Shown: in pieces, positions 17,841-26,219 of the stretch
How positions within the stretch are numbered: position 1 is the first letter of the stretch
Layout: every line of letters begins with the position of its first letter
Origin: Desulfurococcales archaeon
GTDB lineage: Archaea; Thermoproteota; Thermoprotei_A; Sulfolobales; NBVN01
Reading direction: 5' to 3'
Assembly (NCBI GenBank): GCA_027064885.1
Contig: JAMOOZ010000044.1
Location: forward strand, 1-59,804
Length of the DNA stretch: 59,804 bases
The notes under the pieces: generated by a model
The model's input: the letters and a program-made list of their open reading frames with translations, nothing else
Databases searched by the model: none
Told to the model about the DNA's origin: nothing
Position numbers and translations under genes: made by a program

Positions 17841-18071
17841 GACCACAGCTATCCCTATTAACGCGAACCCCAGTGCTAGCAATAGCAACGAGAACTCCTT
17901 TATTTTCATTGATGAGATCATCTTGATGAGCTTGACGGATCCTGCTATTCCATACCCTATTGCAACAATCACTATCAGTGCGAAACCTATTACTGCAAGC
18001 CACTGGGCCACGCCGCTCACATTGGCCGACGTTATTGAGGACCATAAATTGTAGAGTACCTCTACGCCCAT
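17832..18071 (-). CDS. small membrane protein (2 predicted TM helices)
   Basis: Hydrophobic segments VAQWLAVIGFALIVIVAIGYGIAG and FSLLLLALGFALIGIAVVL; A/T box acttaaaagacg about 35-40 nt upstream. Confidence 0.45.
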   Translation of the reverse strand: MGVEVLYNLWSSITSANVSGVAQWLAVIGFALIVIVAIGYGIAGSVKLIKMISSMKIKEFSLLLLALGFALIGIAVVLP

Positions 18072-18154
18072 ACCACCACCACTCTTAAGGCTTCCAGCCC
18101 ACCTTACTTAAAAGACGTAAGGTTTTTACTCTGTTATTCCTTACTGGTAGTTAA

Positions 18155-18207
18155 GGAATGATGAAGGTTAAAAGCGATGAACGATGATTAGAGGCTGGGT
18201 TCTGACC
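18155..18207 (+). ncRNA. C/D-box sRNA candidate (sR-b)
   Basis: gg-a-AUGAUGA(18158-18164)-12 nt-AUGA(18177-18180)-acg-AUGAUUA(18184-18190)-11 nt-CUGA(18202-18205)-cc; T/A-rich ggtttttactc about 27 nt upstream. Confidence 0.5.
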
Positions 18208-18277
18208 AAATCGCTCGGGAGCCTCGCGCGGAAACTCTAAAAACTTGAGTCAGGTAAAAGTAGTTGAGGTGAAGAAG

Positions 18278-18586
18278 ATGGTTAAGTGTCCCAGCTGCGG
18301 AACAGAAGTGCAACCTGAGCGAACATGGCAACTCGTCGCACCATTACCTGATGCTGAAGGGAGGATAACAATCACGGTCATGGGTTCCTTCAGGTGCCCC
18401 AAATGTGGGTATTCCTGGCGAGGGAAAGTCTCAACGTTGAAAGTAGGGCCAGAAGGTGAGGTCGAGGTAATTAGTGGTAAAACAAAGCGCAGGCGGCGGA
18501 GAAAGAAGGGAAAAAACGAGGAGAGTTCCGGCGGAACAGTAATAGAAATTGACTTGTCTGATATTTATGAAGAGGAGCAGATCTGA
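18278..18586 (+). CDS. zinc-ribbon protein with a basic/acidic tail
   Basis: CPSCG...CPKCG four-Cys ribbon, KRRRRRKKGK tract; stop overlaps the signal peptidase start (TGATG); ATG at 18278 preferred over TTG at 18245. Confidence 0.55.
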   Translation: MVKCPSCGTEVQPERTWQLVAPLPDAEGRITITVMGSFRCPKCGYSWRGKVSTLKVGPEGEVEVISGKTKRRRRRKKGKNEESSGGTVIEIDLSDIYEEEQI

Positions 18587-19011
18587 TGAAGCCCAAGAAT
18601 ATTGGTCTGATTGTTGAAGTGATAGTGGCTTCCCTGATATTTATCCTGCTCCTCCTTAACTTAACTGGAAACATAATGTTCGCCGTTGTCGAAGGGAAAT
18701 CCATGGAGCCATTGCTCCAAACCGGTGACTTAGTGCTGGTTGTTAAAACCTCACCTAATGATATTCATGTCGGTGATATTGTAGTATACAAAAGACCTGG
18801 CGGGGAGCTAGTCATACACAGAGTGTTGAAGATAGATAAGGCTGGTAATGAGTACCTGTATTTCATAAAAGGGGATAACAATCCATTACCCGACGGTGAT
18901 ATCCCTTATAGTTGGATCCTTGGTAAGGTCGTAGGTATTAATGGAAACGTATTCAAGGTGCCTGTATTAGGCTACCTCACCTTGGGGCTTAAATCTGTTC
19001 TCGGCAAGTAA
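18586..19011 (+). CDS. signal peptidase I, archaeal/eukaryal type (S26B, Sec11-like)
   Basis: N-terminal TM, VVEGKSMEPLL (Ser box), VIHRV (His box), KGDNN. Confidence 0.8.
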   Translation: MKPKNIGLIVEVIVASLIFILLLLNLTGNIMFAVVEGKSMEPLLQTGDLVLVVKTSPNDIHVGDIVVYKRPGGELVIHRVLKIDKAGNEYLYFIKGDNNPLPDGDIPYSWILGKVVGINGNVFKVPVLGYLTLGLKSVLGK

Positions 19012-21036
19012 CTTTATTACATCCTTACAAAACCTGCCCACTGATGCAAGTCTTTCTAGCGAGGCAATATATCCATCGAAGCTTAAATCGGCTCGTTCAC
19101 GCCAAACCTTGTACTTTGTCATTATGTTCCTGTATGCCCGCCAATGAAGTTCGCAGAGAGATAACCCTCCCACAATGTATCGTCCATACCTCCCGCAAAC
19201 GACACACTTGATGTCATGCCCTTCCTCAGCGAGCTTCCTCAGTTCACCTATGTTGTTCGAGGCTATCATTTCTTTAACTTTGAGTAGCTTGGGTTTTAGA
19301 AATTCTTTAGCGTCGTCTACTACTTTTTGCCTACTTACCTCCCCTCTCCTGACACGCTCTATCTTTTCCTCAAAATTACGTGTTAAGTTAACTTCTGTTA
19401 ATTCTTTGAACAGCTTAAGCAACATGAATGCAGCCCTGATCCCAAGTTCCGTGACTACTATTCCAGCACTAGTTGCTTTCAAGTATCCTCTTTGAAAGAG
19501 AGTTTCTATTATCTCAGCTCTAGTGGCTTCCGTTCCTATGCCTACGGATTCCATCCATCTTAGTAGTGATGCCTTTGTGTAAAGTCTTGGGGGTCTCGAG
19601 TACTTTCGGACAACACTTACGCGCTCTACCTCAACACAGTCACCTTCCTCTAATTTAGGAACACTGAATTCCTTAATGTTGACGTACTTGTAAACGCTTA
19701 ACCATTCCGGCCTAACTATTCTTTGCCCTGCTAAAGCGAACGCTATGTTGCCTAGCGACTCAGCTGAGAATACATAACGAATTGATGCAACCTCGGCAAC
19801 ATCGTAAAACGCGGCAAGGTACCTTCTCACAATCATTTCGTAGATATTCCACTCCTTAATTCTAAGCTTTTTTCTTGGCAAATAACCTGTAGGGTAAATT
19901 GCTGGGTGTGCTGGATCCTTCCTCTTTCCCTGCGCTGGCCTTAGTTTATCCTTAGCTAAAATTTTTTCGCAAAATGCTGACATGCCTCGTAGTTTGCTTA
20001 ACGATCTTATTATGCGCCTATTATCTAGTGTGGGAGGTAGCTTCTGTGAATTAGTTCTTGGGTAACTTATTAGGGATTCTAGATATAGATTCTCGGCAAT
20101 TCTTAATGTTTCTGCAGGAGATATTCCGAAGTTTCTCGACGCCTCCATTTGTAGGTCGGGAAGGTTAAATGGTGGCGGTGGGTTCAGTCTTCTTATAGAC
20201 CTTTCCACTTTCTGTACTTTCAAACACTTCACGTTCTTTATTTTGAGAGCTAGTTCCTTAGCCTTCGCTTTAGTTACTGGGCTTGGGAAAAGGTTCTCTA
20301 ATTTGTATTTCTTATCATTGATCCTTACGGTCACTGAAATGTTAAATGATACGTCGGGTACGAATGCTTCCCTTTCTATATACCTATTAAGAACCTCGAC
20401 TAACGTTGGTGTCTGTACTCTTCCTGCACTAAGTGTGAGGAATTTTCCTGAGATGGCCTTATAGAAGTCCATGAGTGCCCTGCTGACGTTTATTCCCCAT
20501 AACCAGTCGAGTTCGTGTCGGCAGAGCCCGGCCTCCACCATGTCAATATCTAATGACGAGAGGTTCTTGAACGCACTCAATAATTCTTCCTTAGTTAGGG
20601 AAGAGAACTTCGCTCTTTTCGCATATGTCGTGTTTCCAAAGTGTTTAATTATTAAATAGCCTATCACTGAACCTTCTATATCATAATCACATGCATTGAC
20701 GTAGTCACGAGCACCCCTAAAGAGCCTTGAGAGAACCGAATAAAACTTCTTTAGGAATAATGTCCCCTTCTCAGCCTCCCACCTCGGCACCCAGCGATAC
20801 TCAAATACAGGATACCCGCGACCTTCAGACTTTAATGAAAAGAGGTGCCCAGCTGATGATGCTACAACGTAGTATCTCCCTTGAAAATAACCGTACCAGA
20901 ATGGAATACCCGACAGTGATGCCTTCTTCTTAAGCCCTAAAGCGGTAGCGATTTTTGAGGCTGCCCTAGGCTTTTCTGCAATTACTAGAGTGTAGCCGGG
21001 TCTAAGTTTTAGCTCAGGCATTTCTACCAGCCTCAT
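18967..21036 (-). CDS. topA: type IA DNA topoisomerase (topo III-like)
   Basis: TOPRIM LVIAEKPRAA...CDYDIEGS, active-site region ISYPRTNSQ, C-terminal Cys-rich segment. Confidence 0.85.
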   Translation of the reverse strand: MRLVEMPELKLRPGYTLVIAEKPRAASKIATALGLKKKASLSGIPFWYGYFQGRYYVVASSAGHLFSLKSEGRGYPVFEYRWVPRWEAEKGTLFLKKFYSVLSRLFRGARDYVNACDYDIEGSVIGYLIIKHFGNTTYAKRAKFSSLTKEELLSAFKNLSSLDIDMVEAGLCRHELDWLWGINVSRALMDFYKAISGKFLTLSAGRVQTPTLVEVLNRYIEREAFVPDVSFNISVTVRINDKKYKLENLFPSPVTKAKAKELALKIKNVKCLKVQKVERSIRRLNPPPPFNLPDLQMEASRNFGISPAETLRIAENLYLESLISYPRTNSQKLPPTLDNRRIIRSLSKLRGMSAFCEKILAKDKLRPAQGKRKDPAHPAIYPTGYLPRKKLRIKEWNIYEMIVRRYLAAFYDVAEVASIRYVFSAESLGNIAFALAGQRIVRPEWLSVYKYVNIKEFSVPKLEEGDCVEVERVSVVRKYSRPPRLYTKASLLRWMESVGIGTEATRAEIIETLFQRGYLKATSAGIVVTELGIRAAFMLLKLFKELTEVNLTRNFEEKIERVRRGEVSRQKVVDDAKEFLKPKLLKVKEMIASNNIGELRKLAEEGHDIKCVVCGRYGRYIVGGLSLCELHWRAYRNIMTKYKVWRERADLSFDGYIASLERLASVGRFCKDVIKLLAENRFKPQGEVA

Positions 21037-22217
21037 AAAGAGGCTGGGACAGGGATGGGGGCCGTCAATATTAGTAAGATAATATATGCTGAGCCTACCA
21101 AAAGTTTATCACGTCTCTTCAGCTTAGATAGCATGTTGGCTGAACCGTAATGCGGTCTTAACCCAGTGAGCATGAACGCTATCACTGCGAAGAACCCAAG
21201 CCAGCTTAGCTGGTAAGCTATGAAGGATACAGATACGAGTGATAGAGTGGATATTAGGGAGATTACTCTGTGTACCTTTACATTAGTTAGTGATCTAAAG
21301 ACGTGCCCCCCATCTAGCTGACCTATTGGTAGTAAATTTGCAAAGTGTATGAGTAGTATTAAGAATGCCGCGTATGCCGCGGGGTTCATTATAACTACTC
21401 TCTCGCCGAAACCCATTAGATGCGAGGCTACTGAGGACACAATGAGCGTTGCGAGAGGTGCCATCTGAACAGGTGCTAGGAGCCTGTGACTCATCGCAAC
21501 CCTAGCTGAACTTAAAGAAATAGCTGGTGATATCATATATGAGGTAGTGAAGAATACTATTGCTAGCGCCACCCCAACAAGGGGTCCGGCAATCCCTAAA
21601 TATGCCAGATCCTTTATTCTTTTCGGCAAGTGACGCATCTGTATTATCGCACCGAAAGTTCCCAGCGGCGAGATTATAGGTGCAGGTATTGGTAAAGGAA
21701 ACGATGCAGGCGTTGATGTTTTCCTGGCAACAAGGAAGTGGCCTAGTTCATGCGCCAGAATTGGAATAAGGACAGCTGCTGTAAAAATTAGTGCTCCCAT
21801 AGCAGGGTTGTATAAAGGTACGTTCACGCCTAAGGAATGCAGTCTACGCGCAATATCGTTATACGTTACTGTCTGAAGATATCCTGTGACACCTACTGAG
21901 AATATCGTAGCAATAAATAATGCGGTAGCCATAGTTCTCTTTCGGTTCTTTAATTCTCGAGGGTTGAGAAATGCCCGCAATACAAGAGTGGAGCCTGTCT
22001 TAGTTAGAATCACATAGTATCCTAACTCAACCGCCCTATCATAAACTTTAGAGAATCCCTCCTCGAGGTCGACGCCGGGCTTAGGGTCTACCAGGTACTC
22101 AACGTAACGTCCTTGTGGATCCCGAGTATACTCTGTGAAATCGAAGGACTCGCTAATTGCTGCCTCAAGCCCAGCCAACTCCTCACGTATTTCAATCGGC
22201 TTCTCCAAGACCTCCAC
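21033..22217 (-). CDS. M50 site-2-protease-family membrane metalloprotease
   Basis: HELGH within a polytopic membrane protein; 4-nt overlap with topA. Confidence 0.8.
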   Translation of the reverse strand: MEVLEKPIEIREELAGLEAAISESFDFTEYTRDPQGRYVEYLVDPKPGVDLEEGFSKVYDRAVELGYYVILTKTGSTLVLRAFLNPRELKNRKRTMATALFIATIFSVGVTGYLQTVTYNDIARRLHSLGVNVPLYNPAMGALIFTAAVLIPILAHELGHFLVARKTSTPASFPLPIPAPIISPLGTFGAIIQMRHLPKRIKDLAYLGIAGPLVGVALAIVFFTTSYMISPAISLSSARVAMSHRLLAPVQMAPLATLIVSSVASHLMGFGERVVIMNPAAYAAFLILLIHFANLLPIGQLDGGHVFRSLTNVKVHRVISLISTLSLVSVSFIAYQLSWLGFFAVIAFMLTGLRPHYGSANMLSKLKRRDKLLVGSAYIILLILTAPIPVPASL

Positions 22218-22326
22218 CTTATCAGTGAGTAGCCTCTCTGATCTGCCTGCCTCTTAATCTAATTGACCAGCATTTAAAACGCTGGATGATCTTGGGTTTA
22301 CTACTTTCAGAACGCCTAAGGTGACT

Positions 22327-22638
22327 TTAAAGTTCAACAAACCCGAAGAGCTTCCTCTCAAGTTCTATTAATTTTGTGGCAGGTATTAGCTCTTCCTCTC
22401 CACTTGGTATCCTACGGACTAAAGTTATTGGTAGGACCCCTCTCCTTAATTCCTCCTTAGCAATTTCTATGGGATCTTTCGGTAAATTTGTTATATCGAT
22501 CAGTGGTATCGCTCCGAGGTCTAGTTGTAAAGCTCTAGCAGCAATTATTCGGGCTTTCTCGTACCTCGTTAGTTTAAGGGGCCCTGTCCTAATCCCGGCC
22601 TGCTTGATTAGAGAAACAATTGTGCTTTTCTCCTTCAT
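22327..22638 (-). CDS. rpo6: DNA-directed RNA polymerase subunit Rpo6 (RpoK)
   Basis: [27 protein letters not shown]...[12 protein letters not shown]; start set to M15 of the ORF-track translation. Confidence 0.85.
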   Translation of the reverse strand: MKEKSTIVSLIKQAGIRTGPLKLTRYEKARIIAARALQLDLGAIPLIDITNLPKDPIEIAKEELRRGVLPITLVRRIPSGEEELIPATKLIELERKLFGFVEL

Positions 22639-22721
22639 ACTCAACACTACCTGATTCTTCTTGCTTAGGTAATAAAGCATTATGGAAGGGGTGGATACGG
22701 CTCTAAAACATTCTTGTGTTT

Positions 22722-24425
22722 TCAGTCAAAGTTAAACTTGCCCGGCTCTTCCTCCTCTCCGCCTTTCTTGCCTTTCTCTTCCTCTTTCTTGAGCGGCGTG
22801 GCGGCTATTATGTCATCAACCTTAAGTACAGCTGCTGCCGTCTCCGTCGCTGCCTTTATTACCTGCTTCTTCACGATTACCGGGTCTATTACGTGTATCT
22901 GCGTTATGTCCTCAACTACTTTACCGTTCATTACGTCGATGCCAGCGTTCAGTTTACCCTCGCTGTGGAGTCTTCTTAACTCCATCACGGTTTCCAACGG
23001 ATCTAGACCAGCTGTCTGCGCTAGGACGGACACTATCTCTTCTAGTGCATCAGCAAATGCCTGTATGGCTAGCTGCTCCTTACCGCCAACGGTTTCAGCC
23101 CACTTCCTTAGCCTTAATGCTAGCTCTACCTCTACCGCACCACCGCCCGGCACTATCTTCGGGTCCCTTAGCACATTCCTGATTGCGTGCAGCGCGTCGT
23201 TGAAGGATCTCTCAGTGTCATCTAGCACCATGTCGCTTGAGCCGCGGGCAAGGATCGTCACCGCCTTTGGATTCTTGCATCCCTCTATGAATACCATCTT
23301 GTCATTGCCGACGCGGCGCTCCTCTACGAGTTCTGCGTGGCCTAGGTCCTCGGGTGATAGGTCCCTTATGCTAGTAACGATCCTTCCGCCTGTTGCACGC
23401 TTGAGTTTTTCCATGTCTGATCTCTTTACTCTTCTTACTGCTAGGATTCCTTTCTTTGCTAGGAAGTGTTGCGCCACATCATCAATACCCTTCTGACAAA
23501 TCACGACATTAGCACCAGTAGCAGCAATCTTCTCAACCATCTCCTTAAGCATCCTAGTTTCCTCGTCTAGGAACACCTTGATCTGGTCAGGAGACGTTAT
23601 GTTTATCTTAGCTGTTATGTCTGGTTTTTCTATTTCTAGTGGTGCGTCGATTAGGGCTATCTTCGCGTTCTCAACCCTCTTAGGCATACCAGGATGCACA
23701 ACCTCCTTATCCAACACAATACCATAAATCAACCTAGTATCGGCAAGAGACGCTCCCTTCTTCTTCTCGATCTTCACGTTGTCAAGCCTGACATTGTAGG
23801 TACCATCAGGCCTTTTCTCAGCTACTCGTAAGGCAGCCTCAATTGCTATGTTAATCATCATGTCGATTAAGTCCGGCGTTGCTAGGTACTTACTCGCCAG
23901 GGTTGAGTAAACTACGCGGTACAGTGACTTCTTAGTCTTCTCGTAACCTTCTTTTGTCTCGATGCCGCCAACTTCTAGCTTAGTGCCTATCTCATCAAGT
24001 ATTTCTAGAGCTTTGTTCATAGCTTTCTTGTAGCCCTCAATTATTATCGTTGGGTGTATGTTTTGATCGAGCAATGCTTCCGCCTTACCGAGCAACTCGC
24101 CTGCAAGAACCACAACCGACGTGGTACCATCACCGACCTCAGCATCAACCGCCTTAGCTGACTCTACTAGGAGCTTAGCGGCTGGGTGTTGCACCTCCAT
24201 TTCCTTAACTATTGTGGCACCGTCATTAGTTACTGTAATGTCACCGAACGAATCCACGAGCATTTTGTCGAGGCCCTTGGGACCTAGACTGGTTTTTAAG
24301 ACCTCGGCCAGCGCCCTAGCGGCTATGATGTTGTTCCTTAGGGCCTCGCGTCCATGCGTCCTCTGAGTTCCTTCCTTTAATATCACTACAGGAACTCCAT
24401 AGAGTGCGGTCATGAGATCACCCAT
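22722..24425 (-). CDS. ths: thermosome subunit (group II chaperonin)
   Basis: [33 protein letters not shown]; start set to the ATG at 24425, which lies about 25 nt downstream of a TATA box. Confidence 0.95.
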   Translation of the reverse strand: MGDLMTALYGVPVVILKEGTQRTHGREALRNNIIAARALAEVLKTSLGPKGLDKMLVDSFGDITVTNDGATIVKEMEVQHPAAKLLVESAKAVDAEVGDGTTSVVVLAGELLGKAEALLDQNIHPTIIIEGYKKAMNKALEILDEIGTKLEVGGIETKEGYEKTKKSLYRVVYSTLASKYLATPDLIDMMINIAIEAALRVAEKRPDGTYNVRLDNVKIEKKKGASLADTRLIYGIVLDKEVVHPGMPKRVENAKIALIDAPLEIEKPDITAKINITSPDQIKVFLDEETRMLKEMVEKIAATGANVVICQKGIDDVAQHFLAKKGILAVRRVKRSDMEKLKRATGGRIVTSIRDLSPEDLGHAELVEERRVGNDKMVFIEGCKNPKAVTILARGSSDMVLDDTERSFNDALHAIRNVLRDPKIVPGGGAVEVELALRLRKWAETVGGKEQLAIQAFADALEEIVSVLAQTAGLDPLETVMELRRLHSEGKLNAGIDVMNGKVVEDITQIHVIDPVIVKKQVIKAATETAAAVLKVDDIIAATPLKKEEEKGKKGGEEEEPGKFNFD

Positions 24426-24446
24426 TAGTTCTAGGAGAACCACTTC

Positions 24447-24454
24447 TATATAAA
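24447..24454 (-). promoter_or_regulatory. TATA box of the thermosome gene (minus sense TTTATATA)
   Basis: Canonical archaeal TATA octamer about 25 nt upstream of the ATG at 24425, implying a near-leaderless transcript. Confidence 0.5.
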
Positions 24455-24503
24455 CTTTAGGAATAGGGTAACCAAAAGCTTTAATTACCCCTCCTATGTA
24501 GGG

Positions 24504-24848
24504 GTGGCGGGAATGTTTATGCTTCCAAACGTTGAGTCAGTATTAGAATCATATGAGCAGGAGGTACTTGAGAAGGGAGACATAGATAGTGCTAACCTAT
24601 TCATTGCCTTGCTCTGCGGTTACGCTGCGTACCTATGGAGACACAAACTCATGAGTGCCGAAGAACTACAGGAATATTTTGAAACATTAAGGGAAGAGAT
24701 CGTTGAAGGGCCGGACTACTTGAATCCCTACGTCATGGAGTTAATGAGTATAATAGCTCAGGGCCTTACCGACGCGTCATTTGAGGAGTTCAAAAGTAAG
24801 TTACGTATAGTACTAAAGGAGGATCGGCTAGACATCATGGAGGTATAG
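24504..24848 (+). CDS. hypothetical acidic helical protein
   Basis: 114-aa ORF, 7 intervening nt (24849-24855) before the next gene; no family recognised. Confidence 0.5.
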   Translation: MAGMFMLPNVESVLESYEQEVLEKGDIDSANLFIALLCGYAAYLWRHKLMSAEELQEYFETLREEIVEGPDYLNPYVMELMSIIAQGLTDASFEEFKSKLRIVLKEDRLDIMEV

Positions 24849-24855
24849 GATCCTC

Positions 24856-25683
24856 TTGAACATTGACACTAAGCCATGTGACGTGTGCAAGCGGAGGCCC
24901 GCTGTGTACCGTAGACGGGACTCGGGAGAGAAGCTATGTGCTTACTGCCTAAGTAGATCCTTGGTCAAAAGAGTTAGAAGAGGAATCTCCAGATCTGTGA
25001 GGTTAAGGCACGGAGCGTTAGTTGCTGTGCTTGCTTTGAAAGAAAGAATAGTAGAAAGTCTAGTGCTGACGGAAATAGTTGGCCTAATTGAGGAGAGGCA
25101 TGGAGGTCACGTACTAATCCTTGCTTCGGAACACGCATTACCACAGGTTATGCGTACGAGGCTTGCACAGAGGATACCCTCAATTTACTTCACTGTTAAG
25201 GCGAAAGGAAAAACAGAGTCCCTTAGCTTACCAGAAATCATAAACTCCTTCGCACCAAGGCTACGGAGCATAGGCTTCAGAATTGACGCCGTCCTAACAC
25301 CTCTAACCTTAAGTGATTTCTTCGAGATCCAGCTCCAATCTCTTCTTATGAACGCGACGCTGACTAGGGAGGTTAGTCCGCTACCCAGAGTTGTTGGGCA
25401 GAGTGTTATAGTACACCCCATGAGCAACATACTACGTCAGGACGTATACGCGTACGCATTCTTTAAGGGAATGCTTGATAGCTTAAACAATGATATATCA
25501 TCCAGTATCCATATAGTCGAAGATAAGTGCATTACCCCAATACTAAAGAGTATTTCGGCGGACCTCTCCGAGCATCATCCTGAGCTTATGTTTAAGTTCG
25601 TCGAAACCGCAACTTCACTTCCGCTGATAATGACCGCAGGAGGAAGTAAAGCTGGTCTCAGAGTAGCTCAGCCTAATCATTAG
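24856..25683 (+). CDS. degenerate PP-loop ATPase-like protein (Ncs6/TtuA-type fold lacking catalytic motifs)
   Basis: N-terminal CDVC...CAYC ribbon as in Ncs6/TtuA; LALKER where SGGKDS is expected; TPLTLSDFFEIQLQSLLMN where GHxxDD-AET-LMN is expected; VHPMSNILRQDVYAYA resembles the RPL..E.EV..YA block. Confidence 0.5.
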   Translation: MNIDTKPCDVCKRRPAVYRRRDSGEKLCAYCLSRSLVKRVRRGISRSVRLRHGALVAVLALKERIVESLVLTEIVGLIEERHGGHVLILASEHALPQVMRTRLAQRIPSIYFTVKAKGKTESLSLPEIINSFAPRLRSIGFRIDAVLTPLTLSDFFEIQLQSLLMNATLTREVSPLPRVVGQSVIVHPMSNILRQDVYAYAFFKGMLDSLNNDISSSIHIVEDKCITPILKSISADLSEHHPELMFKFVETATSLPLIMTAGGSKAGLRVAQPNH

Positions 25684-25717
25684 TCACTTAATCATACCGC
25701 TACTATTCATCATCGAC
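25655..25717 (-). ncRNA. C/D-box sRNA candidate (sR-c), antisense to the last about 26 nt of the 24856-25683 ORF
   Basis: guc-g-AUGAUGA(25713-25707)-11 nt-AUGA(25695-25692)-10 nt-AUGAUUA(25680-25674)-12 nt-CUGA(25661-25658)-gac; GUC/GAC terminal stem. Confidence 0.4.
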
Positions 25718-25797
25718 TTTCCTAGCGTAACCCATACCTATGCAAACAACACAGCTTATTATAGTTGACTTAAGAATAGCTAGTGGTGCGTTAGGAA

Positions 25798-26199
25798 ATG
25801 CCTCTCAGAGAGAACTTAATAGATGCAAGGTTTGTTGGCCGTGAAATAACCATCTATATTATGGGAAGGGATGAACCCATCAAGGGATTAATAGATGAGG
25901 TAGCTAGGTACGAAATAGGTGTTCGGTCAGAGGGCTCACCGGTGGTGATTTTCAGGCATGCAATACTATACGCCGTTACCGAAGCCGCAGAGCTACATGG
26001 GTACAGTAATGAGCAATTGAGAGACACGGTTATAGATTCTGACATGGCTGGGAGTGATGTAGAGGTGCACTTAATAAATGGGCTGAGCTTTCAGGGGAAG
26101 CTAATGAAGGTTACGAAGTATGAGTTGGGATTCAGGATAGGGGATAAGGGGTATATAATCCCTAAGTCCAGCATAGCGTATATAAAGTTCACAATATGA
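25798..26199 (+). CDS. tandem Sm/Hfq-like fold protein
   Basis: Two internally similar about 50-aa repeats (VGREITIYIMGRDEPIKGLIDEVARYEIGV...VVIFRHAILYAV and GSDVEVHLINGLSFQGKLMKVTKYELGF...YIIPKSSIAYIKF) matching Sm1/Sm2 spacing, with the Sm2 part Hfq-like. Confidence 0.5.
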   Translation: MPLRENLIDARFVGREITIYIMGRDEPIKGLIDEVARYEIGVRSEGSPVVIFRHAILYAVTEAAELHGYSNEQLRDTVIDSDMAGSDVEVHLINGLSFQGKLMKVTKYELGFRIGDKGYIIPKSSIAYIKFTI

Positions 26200-26219
26200 G
26201 CTAAGGTAAATCAAATCAA

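Noticed and set aside
17776-18045. 89-aa minus-strand ORF overlapping the small membrane-protein ORF in another frame
   Set aside because: Cys/Arg-rich with no features. The alternative frame (17832-18071) encodes two clean TM helices and has an upstream A/T box.
22714-23496. 260-aa plus-strand ORF (also 22716-22979) opposite the thermosome gene
   Set aside because: S/T/A/C-rich low-complexity translation lying entirely inside, and antisense to, a very strongly supported chaperonin CDS. It is a typical shadow ORF.
25655-25700. Possible tRNA gene suggested by GTAGCTCAGCC on the plus strand
   Set aside because: The downstream sequence offers no complementary D-stem strand (no GAGC), no anticodon or T arm and no GTTCRANYC-like T-loop. 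It also lies at the 3' end of a CDS. The resemblance is only relevant as a potential target-like sequence for the antisense sRNA guide.
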